From Octopus vulgaris (lineage: Eukaryota), in contig OX597822.1 of NCBI GenBank assembly GCA_951406725.2, positions 99,448,001 through 99,512,000 of the forward strand: a DNA stretch of 64,000 nucleotides, written 5' to 3'. The position numbers were made by a program, and so were the translations under genes. Positions within the stretch are counted from its first letter, which is position 1, and each line of letters starts with the position of its first letter. The notes beneath the pieces were generated by a model that worked only from the letters and a program-made list of their open reading frames with translations, had not been told where the DNA came from and searched no databases. Shown here piece by piece: positions 37,723-51,484 of the stretch.

Positions 37723-37758
37723 TATGCAAATATACTTTTGTAACTACACAAATATATA

Positions 37759-37981
37759 CAGTAATCCCTCACCATATCACAGTTCACCTCTCATGGTTTA
37801 TTATTTGAACTTAAATCAATTCTTCCATGGTGTTGTTTTACATTTATAGTAAAATAAATACATACAAATTATAAAAATAATTTTTTTTTAATTTACAGTA
37901 CAGTGCTGTTTCTAATTCGCAGATTTTTACCTATCACAGAGGTTTTGGAATGTAATACCTGAGATAATCAAGGGATTACTG
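37759..37981. mobile_element. pogo/Tigger-type MITE
   Basis: TA-CAGTAATCCCT ... AGGGATTACTG-TA: 11-bp perfect TIR and TA TSD. Confidence 0.8.
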
Positions 37982-38611
37982 TACAAGCAAATTAAAAAAA
38001 CAAAAGAATATTTTTGTTTTATCTTTTTACTTTTCATGCTAGCAAGGATTAAATGAATATATTACTAATGTATTGTTTTACAGCTGGATACCTTTCCTGT
38101 AGCTAACCATTACTTGCTTAGGTAAGGGATCTTTTATTCAACACATCTTCAAGAATGCAAGCAAAGCGGATGATTTGTTAATTAGGAAAATGAAAACAAT
38201 GACATGACTTGAGTGTGTTTGTTTGCACTTGCTCTTCTCCAAAAATCACTGAGCTTCGTTCCCACAAACATACACAAACAGGCTTCTTTCAGTTTCCATC
38301 ATCTAAATCCATGAGTTTTGGTCTGCCTAGGGTTATAGCAGAAGACACATGCTCAACGTGCCATACAGTGGGATTGAACCCAAAACCATGTGGTTAGGAA
38401 GGGAACTTCCTAACTATGTAGCTATACACACACATCTACATACATAAAAGGTCTATATGTGCCATGCTATCATCTTGACATCTGACATGTGACACACTTC
38501 TGCACCTGTACAGGTATTGTCAACTTTATGTAGGGAGCTTATATGAACACAAATATTTGATCACTATAAAAAAATCACCTGTGTGGTTGTTCAGCATGAA
38601 ATCACAGACCT

Positions 38612-38803
38612 ATCATCTAATGATGCGAGAGTTCTTTTTTTTCTCTCCTTGTTTTTTTTCTGTGTATCTTTCTCTCAAAGAGCGTAGGCTCGAAATGTAA
38701 AAGACTTGTTCTATTTCTATTCCTGAGCGCCACACTAATACATTTGTTTGTTTGTACTCCACCTGCCTTCGTCTTTTGTTTATTTTCGTAAACCTTCCCG
38801 TTA
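38612..38803 (+). mobile_element. Penelope-like terminal fragment with degenerate hammerhead
   Basis: TCTTT-ctctcaaa-GAG-cgtagg-CTC-GAAAt-GTA-AAAGA at 38667-38704; stem I, stem II and GUA retained, CUGANGA core decayed. Confidence 0.5.
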
Positions 38804-39369
38804 TACACACACACACACACACACACAGAGTTCATTTTAGTTTTCTCAACTAACTTAAATCTCTGTTCATAACAGTAAGATATTATAGAATGTATTAAGC
38901 CAGTTCCAATTCATAGATGGGTTCTGCAGATCCTGATATTGGGAACAACTATGTTTCCTCAATGCTAACATTTCTCCTTCATACCTTCACAATTTCAAAG
39001 AAAGGCTACATCTCAAAATAAGATTTCCTACACTAAACACTCCTAGAAATGCCAATATTCCATATTCAATTGCATAACTGTTATACAAAAGTAAATATTT
39101 ATTTGCTTTTCTTCTTTTTTTCTTCTTTTCATTTGTTACATCTAAACTTTAGCAATGCTGCAGAGCTAGCGAAAAATGAAAATAGAAATTAAATAGAAAT
39201 TTACTTTCAGTAAAAGATTATGCTCCAATAAATTACATTACATATATTATATTCCAATGAATTAATAATACATATTAAATAAAAAAAAAAGTCCAATTAA
39301 TTCTAAAAGAAACTAAAAGAGATTAATTTGCAATTATTTTTGAAAAGAGTATTGTGTTTGAATGATTAA

Positions 39370-40678
39370 CCCTTTTGATACCAAACTGCCTGAGATCACC
39401 CTTGGTATTATATAAACTTCCTGTTTTAAACTAATCCGAATTAAAAAACTTTCCAACAAACTTTCAAGCTAATTTATGTTGCAGACCTATTTCAGAATTA
39501 TCTGAAACAAATTTAGTGTATTTCAGCAAAAATATGGTAAGAAAATGGTTAAATAAATGAAACAAAATGAATTTAAACTGTACTGTATTATGAATTCCTC
39601 TCTTTTAACTCTTTAGTATTTAAACTGGCCAAATCCAGTCAGAATATTCTATCTGTTTTATGCACAAGAGGCCAGATTTGGCCTCTCATATCAACACTAT
39701 AATATCTTTCTAAAAATTAACAGTTATCTCATAAAAATCTTAAAGCTACAAGATAATGCATAATTAATTCAAAACAATGTGAATAAAAAATCATTACTTT
39801 TGACAGAGTAATGTAGATGCTAAAGAGTTAATTACAAATTGAATAGTTGTTAAATAGACGTACACTACAAAACCTTTTATTTTCTTTTAGTAGGTAACAC
39901 ATGTTCATTGTATGATGTATTTTAAAACCCTTCTGATAATAACCCACCTGAGATCACCCCTGGTTCTGTGATACAAGTTTCTTATCTTCAAGTGATCTAA
40001 ATTATAATATTCCATTAAAATTTCATGCTAATTTATGATCCAAACACCAATTTCATAAAGACAAAGTCAGTTTACAAAACACTTCATTATCTTTAAAATT
40101 AAATGAAAGAATATAACGAAATGGTCAATAATGATGATGTTATTTTTCCAAAGTTTTCATTATTTTCAAAATTGACACAAAGGTTATGTATTTCAAGAGA
40201 AATATGGTAACAAAATGGTTAAACAAATTGACCCCAGGACTTATTCTTTGTAAGTCTAGTACTTATTCTATTGGTCTCTTACTGAACTGCTAAGTTATGG
40301 GTATGTGAACACACCAACATCGGTTGTCAACCAAAGGTGGGGAGACAAACACAAACACACACACATATATACAACAGGCTTCTTTCAATTTCCCCCTACC
40401 AAATCCACTCACAAGGCTTTGGTCGGCCCAAGGCTATAACAGAAGACACTTGCCCAAAGTGCCATGCGATGCGACTGAACCCGAAACCATGTGGTTGGTA
40501 AGCAAGCTACTTACCACACTCCTATGCCTAAATAAAAACTTTCCATCAAAATTTCATGTTATGTTTCAAACACCAGCTTAAGGTTATTTTTCTAAAGTTT
40601 TCATTATTTTCATAATTAACAGAAACAAAGGCTGTGTATTTCAAAAAAAAAAAAAAAAATGGTAACAAAAGAGTTTAT
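39370..40678. mobile_element. Cluster of piggyBac-type MITEs (family A at 39370, 39928 and 40535; family B at 39610) with a family-2 SINE fragment (40225-40530)
   Basis: Repeated TTAA-CCCTT / GGTAACAAAA..GG-TTAA ends. Confidence 0.75.
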
Positions 40679-41383
40679 TTCTTGTCTGTTGCTCCTGTGT
40701 TTCTATTCTTTTCTCTTACACCTCTGTCATCTATATTGCAGCTAAAATTATGACATGTATAGGCAGAGAAAATGACTGCTAGTTTCCATTAATTTAGTAG
40801 CGAATAGATACCATGCTCGCTTAATTCACTCAGCTGATAATGAAGAAACAGACAACAAGCAAGGTATTCTATTATAAATTAACTACTTTAAACTAATTAC
40901 TGATTGTGCAGAATCATCCAAACAATGACAAAAAGATTAGATAATTAACCATATTTTGCTTCATTTATGACCCTTTGATTGACATATTCTCTAAACGGGC
41001 CCCATTTTATTTTCATCATGGTGGTATTATGACGTACAGGATATGAATGCAGAACTGTCAATTACAACAAAGTTTTGCGAATGCAATCCCAGCTGAAAGA
41101 AAGCAAATGTATGCAAAGACACGGTTCTTGAAGATGATTAAAAAATGTTGCCGTAACAACATCAATCTTCACCATAATTGATCTCAGAATTATAAAAATA
41201 CTAGAGTGTTACCTGTCATATAACAAGTAAGATTGGAAGCATATTTTTGCCATCATGGGTAATATAAAAAAAATATGGCATACATAGAATAATTATAATT
41301 CAACTTTTATCAAAGTTCTTGGCGCTAATACAAAACAATAAAATGAATACTAAATTTCAAAAGTAAAATATTTATCATCTTTA

Positions 41384-41978
41384 ACCCCCTAAGCATTCAG
41401 ATTACTCCATCAAATGTAATTATTTATTCACATTATTTTGAATTAATATTACATTATCTCTTAGCTTCAAGATTTTGATGATCTGATTACTCTTTTACTT
41501 GTTTCAGTCATTTGACTGCGGCCATGCTGGAGCACCGCCTTTAATTGAGCAACTCGACCCCAGGACTTATTCTTTTGTAAGCCCAGTACTTATTCTATCG
41601 GTCTCTTTTGCCAAACTGCTAAGTAACGGGGACATAAACACACCAGCATCAGTTGTCAAGCAATACTAGGGGGACAAACACAGACACACAAACACACACA
41701 CGCATATATATATACATATATACAATGGGCTTCTTTCAGTTTCCGTCTACCAAATCCACTCACAAGGCTTTGGTCGGCCCAAGGCTATAGTAGAAGACAC
41801 TTGCCCAAGGTGTCACGCAGTGGGACTGAACCCAGAACCATGTGGTTGGTAAACAAGCTACTTACCACACAGCCACTCCTGCGCCTGTTTATTTTTAGAA
41901 TAACATTGTAGGGTAGGTACGAGAGGCTAGACCTATCTAGTTTCAACATAAAACAGATAGAATATTTGTGCTAAAAGG
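41384..41978. mobile_element. piggyBac-type MITE family B interrupted by a SINE
   Basis: TTAA-CCCCCTAAGCATTCAG ... GCTAAAAGG-TTAA; body resumes after 41886. Confidence 0.75.
41487..41886 (-). mobile_element. SINE family 2, young full-length copy
   Basis: Nearly identical to 56398-56833. Confidence 0.9.
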
Positions 41979-42192
41979 TTAAATTGAATTAAATTAAACA
42001 AAATTTCTCATTTGTGTAATTCTTTCCATAACAACTCTCATTTACTCCTTCTCCTTCTCCTCTCAGTGATTCTTTCTTGCCACTCACCCCATACCTCTTA
42101 TGCTAACTCTCTCCACATTGTTCTTTTATTCTCTGCCCCTCTCTCTCTACGCAATATAAAGTGTGGCTAGAGAAATTGTGGCTATGGTTATT

Positions 42193-42480
42193 CTTTCATT
42201 TGTTTCAGTCATTTGACTGTAGCCATGCTGGAGCACCACCTTAAGGGGTGTTAGTCAAAGAAATCAATCTCAGGACTTATTCTTTGTAAGCCTAGTATTT
42301 AGTCTGCCACTACATTCTGAGTTCAAACTCCACCGAGGTCGACATTACCTTTCATCCTTTTGGGATCGATTAAATAAGTGTCAGTTATGCAATGGGGTCG
42401 ATGTAATCGACTTAAACCCTTTGTCTATTCTTCTTGTCCCCTTTATGTTTAGCCCTCTGAGAGCAAGAAAGAAAGAAATA
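42193..42480. mobile_element. Fused SINE remnants: family-2 tail (minus) joined to family-1 body (plus)
   Basis: Junction at GTATT near 42296-42300. Confidence 0.7.
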
Positions 42481-43074
42481 TTTTTTATCATTTTTACATC
42501 TTAAAGTGAATAGAATCATAATCATGAAAAATTATTAAAACTTTTCTACTTTTTCTTGTCAGCAGTATGAGCTCAATGTCATTTATAAACAGACATAGTC
42601 TTTTTATATGAATGATAGCACACCCATACGAATGCTAATAGACTGCTGCCATAATATATAATCCCAGATTAAGAGATGATCTTGTTTAAAAAAAAAAAAA
42701 TTGTCATAAACTAAAATATAAAAATACAAAGCAAAATAAAAATGTAATTTCTAATGGTGTATAGTGAGAAAGAGAGACCAAAACTATATCCTCTTAATCA
42801 TCAAATTTCCAGCTTCCTCTTTAGAATTGTTCCAAAAATTATGCGTTGCTAAAGGAAAAGAGATAAAGTATAAACGTCACCAATATATTTTTGGAATTAT
42901 GACTAATGAAAGCATAAGTGAAAATGTATCTTGAATTTCACAAAGGCACTCGGGAATATGATTAATAAGGAATGGCTTATTAACTGTGATGTCAGAAGAT
43001 TTGGTATCCAATTGCTAATATAGTTATGTATATTTGGGAAAAGCCCCACCGGTACCACCACCACCACCACCACC

Positions 43075-43460
43075 AAACATGTAGTTTCAGGTTTAGTTCC
43101 AGAGTGTGGTAATTTGGGTAAGTGTCTCCTACTATAGGCCTGGGTTGACCAAAGCTTTGTGAGTGGATTTGGTGGATGGAAACTGAAAGAAGCCCATCAT
43201 ATATATGTGTGTGCGCACACACCCATATTCAACATCATTTAATGGTTGTAAATGAGTGTCACCTTCATACAACCTATGTTGGTCATTTCCAGTCGACTGT
43301 GAAACCCATGTATAATGAAGAAATATGCACGTTGCTTGGAAACAGGTGAGGGTTAGCAACAGGAAGGGCATCTGACTACTGAAAAGTTAGTATCAATAAA
43401 TACCATCTGATCTATGCAAGCACGGAAAAGTAAATATTAAAATGGTGATAATAATGATGA
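43075..43460 (+). mobile_element. Hybrid SINE: family-2 head with RTE-type tail
   Basis: Same organisation as 21945-22390. Confidence 0.7.
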
Positions 43461-44166
43461 TTTCTGTTGAAATAGGCTGCTTCTACTTCAATTAATTTTA
43501 AAAATAAGGAAGAATTTAGTAAATTAACTTTGACATTGGAACATAAATTAACATGGAATTCCGATGGAAGATAACAATTTAGAACGCTTTAAAACAGGTA
43601 ATTTTGCATCACAGAACTTGGGATGGTCTCAGGCAAGATGGTATCGAAAACCAAATCTTACTGAAACTGATAATATAAGTGTATACAATTTACATGTGTA
43701 TAATTGATATACTGCATTAAGTTGCAGTGCTGAGTTGGAAATTTTACACAGACAATCCAGGTATGTTGAAGTATCTAGAGAGAAAGGTGGTCCTCAATGC
43801 TTAGCTCATTCACAAACGGTGTAATCTTGAGAACAACTTCCAGTAATGACAGCAGACAAAAAGGAAAACAACCTCAGCAAACAGCATTTGTGTCATTGTT
43901 AGAACATCAATAGTCAATCAGCTCTTTGGAAAATAGAATGAAGTCCAAATTTCTTTTGCTAGCAACTACTTCGGCAAATGGCCAACCATATATTTCTCAT
44001 TTAAATTTGGATTCTATGTACACAGTTTTAGCTTATGGTTGCTTGTAACTCAAAAATAACAGCGACACATAATATACTATAAGCAATATCAGTCATACAC
44101 AGAGATGGATAGAGAGATGGATGATTAGACAGACAGATAAATAAAAAGAGGGATAATGGGGGGGGG

Positions 44167-44505
44167 GCACAGGTGTGGTTGAACAATTTGCTTCCTTCCC
44201 AATCACATGGCTTTGGGTTCAGTTCCACTGCATGGGCACTTTGGGCGTATGCCCTGAGTTGGCCAAAGTCTTATGAGAGGATTTGGCAGATGGAAACTGA
44301 AAGAAGACCATCATATGTGTGTGCCCATTTTATGACGTTGTGCAATAATTGTAAACGAGCATCAGTATCATGCAAGTGGTATCCTTCATTTCCAGTCTTC
44401 CAAATATTACTTTACCTGAAAACAGGTGTGGGCTGGTGACAGGCCATAGAAAATGTGTCTCAATGAATTCCATCTGACCTGTGCAAGCATGGGAAAATGA
44501 ACTTT
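44167..44505 (+). mobile_element. Hybrid SINE: family-2 head with RTE-type tail; tail interrupted by a MITE
   Basis: Same organisation as 21945-22390. Confidence 0.7.
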
Positions 44506-44508
44506 TAA

Positions 44509-44729
44509 CCCTTTAGTGTTCACATTATTCTGCCAAAATTAATGCTTCTTTATCCACATTGTTTTGAATTAATCATGCATTATCTTGTAGCTATGAGATT
44601 TTGATGAGGTAGCTGTTAATTTTTAAAATGATATTGTAGGGTTGGTGTGAGAGACCAGATCTGGCCAGTTTGAACATAAAACAGGCAGAATACTTTTGGC
44701 CGGATATGGCTGGTTTAAATGCTAAAGGG
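44509..44729. mobile_element. piggyBac-type MITE family B, well preserved
   Basis: TTAA TSD at 44505-08 and 44730-33; TIR CCCTTTAG / CTAAAGGG. Confidence 0.85.
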
Positions 44730-45112
44730 TTAAGTGATAATAATAATGATTGTGATGACATAAAATAAAAATCACATTAAAACTTGGTTAACCATATTGG
44801 CTATCTCTGCCACCAAAAATAAAACCCCCAACTAAACCACATGACAATTTTTAGTTTAGCACTGCGCCACCAAATATAGTTAAACAGACAGAACAGCTTA
44901 TTTGCCTTGCTCAGCATATAATCTAATACACTTAGGATTACACATATCAACCAAGGAGTCAACATGCTATTTATTCAGCAGCCCACTTTGGCACCTCATT
45001 CATTAAATCAAACTTTTTAACAATGAAGCAACTGATATAATAAAAATCAGTGAATAAATCTACTAAAAGCTGGAGTATTTTGTTGAACAGAAATCACAAG
45101 ATAGAAAAGAGA

Positions 45113-45143
<31 letters not shown>

Positions 45144-46173
45144 AGAGTTTATAAATAAATGTTGAAAATTGTCAACAAAGAGATTGTTTTGAACTAGTGG
45201 CAGAGTTATATAATCAGAGTTATCGCATCAGCATATTATTAAAAAAAAAAATAAGCTGTAAAAACCCCATCTATAAATAGAAGACAGACAGACAGAGTAG
45301 AGAGGCCACCACTAGTTGCAGATCAAAGGTGTAACTGTTTCAGAAATCAATACATTAAGAATAATATCCGAATAACTGGATAAAAGTGAAATTAAATTAA
45401 TGTTACAAATAATAACACGATAACAAATGTTTTATATAACAAATGTTTTATTTAATATATATATATATATATAAGATTAAATACATTAAAATACATCAGT
45501 GAAATTACTGAAATTTCTTGAAAAGGATATTTGTGTATACTTTTACAGATGCAATAATGGTATATGTTATTGAATGAATTTCTTAACCAGGAATTACTTG
45601 GTTATCATTGCATAAACAGAAGAGCTTCTGCACGGCATGCTACAATTGCGGCCAGTTAATTTCTGTAGTACTTTAATTAATGCAATAACATCTGCATGCT
45701 AAAAGATAAGCTAAATAAAGATTTTAATGGTTTTCTGTTCATTTTCTTATATTTTTAGTTGCACCCCTGCTACTAGCCCCCTCTGCCCCATACACACACA
45801 CACTTGTACCTTTTCAATAAAATCTTAAATATCTCCAAACACACAATGCTGAAACATAACACAAACCAGTTTTATAGTTTTCTTTTCAAAGTATTGACAA
45901 TACTTTAGAAGAAAGAAAGAAAGCTAAATTTTTAATAGTGATATGCGGGAAGTAATTGAGATATTTCTATTTCTGCACTGGCTCAAAACAATTGTGAAGG
46001 AACTTATCTAAATAGTTACAGTTACAAAAGCTAAGGATATTATTTTCCGATGCTCTATTAGCAGCAGCATATAAAAGAGTGAAGTTTCCATGAGACCCTT
46101 CATGCATGACTTCTCAGTAGAGAAAATGAAGAGAACTGAATAAAATAATAGAACAGTTCTGAAATAATTTAAC

Positions 46174-46640
46174 ATCATCATTATCATCGTTTAAAGTCCG
46201 TTTTCCATGCTAGCATGGGTTGGACGGTTTGACTGGCATCTGGGAAACCAGAAGGCTGCACCAGGCTCCAGTCTGATCTGGCAGTGTTTCTACAGCCGGA
46301 TGCCCTTCCTAACGCCAACCACTCAGTGAGTGTAGTGGGTGCTTTTTATGTGCCACCAGCACAGGTGCCAGGCGAGGCTGGCAACGGCCACAATCGGTTG
46401 GTGCTTTTTACATGCCACCGGTACGGAAGCCAGTCAAGGCGGTGCTGGCATCGGCCACGTTCGGATGGTGCTTTTTACGTTCCACCGGCACAGGGATCAC
46501 AACTACAATTTCCATTGATTTTTTATGTTGATGTATTTGACTCAATAGGTCTCCTCAAGCACAGGGTTGAAACAGTGTTTCTTTACTTGCCACCTGCACA
46601 GGAGTCAGTCCAGCGGCACTGGCATCGGCCGGGTGCCAGT
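46174..46640 (-). mobile_element. SINE-like family 3
   Basis: (CAT)n tail and internal repeats. Confidence 0.85.
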
Positions 46641-47696
46641 CATAGGATTTGGTTTTGAAAAACTTTTAATTTATACAAAATACTGTTTTTATAGAAGAGA
46701 ATTAAAACAGAGGGCAAAAGTAAAAAGAATTTTTCACAAGCAGGAAATTCTTTTATCTAAAGAGAAATCTTTAACTTTGACAGAAAAGTTTTTCCAGTTT
46801 GTTATGCACCAAAGAAACTCTGATACTGTGCATTTCACTTATGGAGAATATGTTATCTTAATTAAAACGTTCAGGTTTATTTACAATCAGATATTTTAGA
46901 GTAATGAGCAAATGAATGACTAAATAATAAACAAGAAATAAATAAATAATACAGGAACTATTTTCACCTTCATAATAACTCTATACTTTCTTTTGGTTCA
47001 ATAACAAATCAATGATTAATGTTATATTGATTTTTAAAATAATGAGCTTTGAAACAGACTTTAACTGGAAATGTTAAGATAGATGCAGTAATGTCTGTAA
47101 TGAAGGATGTGTGATTAACAAAAAAAAAAAAAAAAATTAAGTAACAGACATGGAAAAAAAATTTTAGCACATTATGCTCAAGGGGAACAGCTCTTGGGAT
47201 AACATAGCACTATTTATTTCTGATGAGAAATAAATGATATCACAAGAAATGTTATATTTAGTTAACTCTCACGTTATAATATTTCAAAAATATGTTATTT
47301 TGATATTATGTCCCAAGTGATGTCTGAATGAAAAGAATAGTTTCTATAATTTTTTTTTTTTTATTTCACAGCACACTAATTCTTTGAATCTGTTGCATTT
47401 TCATCTTTCAAAAATGATTCATGAAAACAGACAAAAATATTTAAAAAATTAACCGTCATTCTAGAAATTTCTGGAGGACTTATTAAAATACAAAAGGTAA
47501 AATTAAAAAGAAAATGTAATTCTAAAGCTATAAAATTCACAAAGCAAGCATCTTACTGCAAAGTAGCAGTGCAAAAGAGCAGATGCTCTCACAAATACCT
47601 CTATTCAACAACTATTTCTGATTTGTAATACATTGACAAGCAACATTAGAAGGGTACAGGGGACAGAACATGAAGAAAATCTATTATCATCATCAT

Positions 47697-48260
47697 TAAA
47701 GTGGCAAGCTGGCAGAATTGTTAGCTTGCCAGGCAAAATGTCTAGAGGCCTTTCATCTATCTTTAAATTCTGAGTTCAAATTCTGCTGAGGTCAGTTTTG
47801 CTTTTCATCCTTTTGGGGTTGATAAAATAAGTACCAGTCAAACACTGGAGTCAATGTAATCAACTAGCCCCTCCTCCAAAATTTCAGGCCTTGTGCTTAT
47901 AGTAGAAAGTATTATTACTATTATTATTCACAAAAGTTAAAACAATTTTTGGGAAGTAATTTATTTTTAATTTACTTAAATCATAATGAAGATAAAACAC
48001 ATTTTTTCTTGCTCATTTATATATGAATATTATTTGCAAGAAAATATTAAAATTTCTGCTGAAGGCACAAGGCCTAAAATTTTGGGGGAGGGGACTAGTT
48101 GATTACATTGACCCCAGTGTTTCACTGACAATTTATCGACCCCAAAAGGATGAAAGGAAAGTTGACCTCAGTGGAATTTGAACTCAGAATGTAAAGACAG
48201 ATGAAATGCCGTTAAGCATTTCACCCAGCGTGCTAACAATTTCGCCAGCTGACCGCCATG

Positions 48261-48307
<47 letters not shown>

Positions 48308-48935
48308 TTCTACAATAGGCATAAGGCCTGAAACTTTAGACAAGGGAACTAGTTGATTATATTGACCCCAATGCGTAAATGGTACTTAATTTATCAATCT
48401 TGCAAGGATGAAAGGCAAAGGCAACCTCGGTGGAATTTGAACTCAGAACATAGCTACAGGTGAAATACCACTAAGCATTTCATCCAGCATGCTAACAATT
48501 ATGCCAGCTTGCTGCCTTAATAATAATAATAATGATGATAATAATAATAATAATGATGATGATGATGATACTTCTTTCTACTATAGACACAAGGCATAAA
48601 ATTTGTGGGGATGGAAATAGTTGATTACACTGACCCCATGCTTGACTGGTACTTATTTCATCAACCCCAAAAGAGATGAGTGGCAAAGCTAACCTTGGTG
48701 AAAATAATAACAACAACAACAGTTCAAGTTTTTGGCTCAAAGACTGTAGTTTTGAGAGGAAGGAGTTAATTGATATTGACCCTGAGACTTGACTGGTGCT
48801 TTATTATCAATTCTGAGGGGATGAAAAACAGAGTTGACCCTAGAGAGCTTTGAACTTAGAATGTAAAGAGATGGAACAAATGATGTAAAATTACTTTTTT
48901 CCTTTTCCTCCCAACTTTTTAATGATTCTGCTGGA
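47697..48935. mobile_element. Cluster of five family-1 SINEs (one plus, four minus), partly separated by (AAT)n
   Basis: Copies at about 47697-47910(+), 48055-48258(-), 48307-48519(-), 48572-48702(-) and 48722-48935(-). Confidence 0.85.
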
Positions 48936-49012
48936 AGCTATTTACTTTCTTAAGAAATGACACACACAGTTAAAAATCAATGCAAATAAACCTATAGTTT
49001 ATACAAAACTAT

Positions 49013-49053
<41 letters not shown>

Positions 49054-49892
49054 ATGCATGCATATGTAATATAACACAGACACATATGCACACATTGAAC
49101 CATTCAACTTTCTCCCAAATACCTTTATGTCTGGCTAAGTTGTAAGTAAAAATAAGATTTTTTCCAAATGGACAGAACTCTTCTTTCCAATAGAGAAGTA
49201 AGTACAAAATACAAAAAGTATAAGATCTTGACATGGTCAATAAATTCTAACAATCTCCATTCACATTGGCAGAACAGTTCTGCAACTGTAGTTTTAATTG
49301 CTGTAACCAAAACAGCATAAGAATTACAATTACAGATCAAAACCTAACACCCCGAGGAAACCAAGACAACATTTGTACACTGAACCAATAGTCTTCTTCA
49401 AATTATATACAAGATTCCAAAAGTAAGACGTTAGTTTTACATTCTGATAGTACTTGCCGTTAAAAGGCAAAGCAACCTAGCAATCTTGAATAAAATATGA
49501 GTAGTTTATTCCATGCCAAAGTAAAGATGATCTATTTGCAGTCTCCGTTATTGGTGATAATAACTGTTTCATTACCATATTTCTGTCAAAATACATTACG
49601 TTTATTACAGTTTATTTTGAAAATAATGAAGAATTTAATAAAATAACTTTGTCATTATGCTAGTGTATAGAACATGAATTCACAAAGTTTTTGATGGAAG
49701 ATTTTTATTTCAATTACTTTAAAGCAGGAAGTTTATATGGTATAACCAAGAGCAGTCTTACACAGATTCTTATCAAAAGAACTAAATCCATTTCTATTCT
49801 TAGTTTACTGGAGGGGTTTAACTAAAAATTTATATTACTTGTCTTCTACAAAAAAAATTTTTTAATCTTAAAATAATAAAAAAATTGCTTAA

Positions 49893-50109
49893 CCCTTTAG
49901 CATTTAGATTAGTCTGTTAAAAGTAATGCTTATTCATTCACATTGTTTTGAATTAATCATGAATTATATAGTAGCGTTGAGATTCTGACGATGTGGTAGT
50001 GAATTTTTAGAATGATAGTGTAGGGTAAGCATGAGGTGTCGGATTTGACCAGTTTGAACACAAAGATAGAATATTTTGGCTGGATAAGGCCAGGTTAAAT
50101 GCTAAAGGG
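49893..50109. mobile_element. piggyBac-type MITE family B
   Basis: TTAA-CCCTTTAGCATTTA ... TAAATGCTAAAGGG-TTAA, 14-bp TIR. Confidence 0.85.
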
Positions 50110-50342
50110 TTAAGGTAAGTTAGCATGAGAAGAAAAAATATTTTAAAACAACTGAATTATCAGGTTATGTTTTAAGAAACTTCATTTACTTTTTAAAAAT
50201 ATTTCTTACAAGAACCCAAACCATTAAATTCCAACTTATAGAACATATATAATGGTATAATAACACACATACAATACCTTTCTACATGTTATTATCTAGA
50301 ATTCCATAGCTTGTCAAGAAAAATTTATTAATTTATCTATTT

Positions 50343-50722
50343 CTTTTATCTTTTACTTGTTTCAGTCATTGGACTGTGGCTGTGCTTGGGCATCACCTTA
50401 AAGGGTCTAGTCAAACAAATCAACCCATGTACTTGGTTTTTAAACCTGGTTCTTATTCTATCAGTCTCTTTTGCTGAACCACTACATGTCGGAATGTCCA
50501 CAATCCAACACCGGTTACCAAATAATGGCAGGGGTCAAGCACAAAGACAGACAGACGCATACCTGACAGTCTTCTTTCAGTTTCCATGTACCAAAGCCAC
50601 TCACTAGGCTTTGGTCAGCCTGGAACTATAGTAGAAGATACTTGCCCAAGGTATCATGTAACAGGATTGAACCCAAGACCACATGATTGGGAAGCAAACA
50701 TCTTACCACACAGCCACACCTA
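50343..50722 (-). mobile_element. SINE family 2, diverged
   Basis: Tail and head motifs recognisable. Confidence 0.8.
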
Positions 50723-51484
50723 TTTATTTATTTGCTTGCTTATCTATTTATTTTGTTAAGCAAGAAATATTTCATTTTTTAAGGTTTGAAAATCAATCAT
50801 TTTAAATAAATGTAAAACTAAAAAATAATCTCAAATATTGTTTATAAAAATGTGAATTTAGTGAAAAAAAAACCACTTTTATCTGAGGCTCTTTATTCTA
50901 CTGATTAACGAAGAAAACCCAATAATCTTTAAAGTGGCTCAATCTAATTACTGGAGTTAAACTAATGAAATAAAATAACGCAAACAAGGACTTAAAATGA
51001 TTTAAAACTGCTTGTGTTCACAAAATTAACATCATCTGAATAACAGAAGAGGAAAACAATTTACACGGAAATAAAAGTACTAAGATTTAATTTCTTTAAC
51101 AATCATAGGAAGACATAAAATTATTTCTAACACTGATGGGAGTTTTAGAACATAGAAATGGAGTATTTTTGTAAAATGTTTGGTGTTTAGATTATTTTTC
51201 ACTTTAAGAATTTTTTTTTTAAATTTTTGTTAACTATTATCACTTACTGAAGATCACTACGTAAAGAAAAGAAATTTCTATAGCGTGGGGCGTATATGTA
51301 TAGGCACAGGCTTGGCTGTGTGGTGATGAACTTTGCATCTTAACCATACAGTTTTGGGTTCAGTCCCACAGCTTGGCAACTTGGGCAGCAGTCATCTATT
51401 ATAGTCTTGAGCCTAACAAAAACCTTGTAATTGAATTTGAGTGATGGGAACTAAAATAAACATATATATAAAAAGACACATGTC

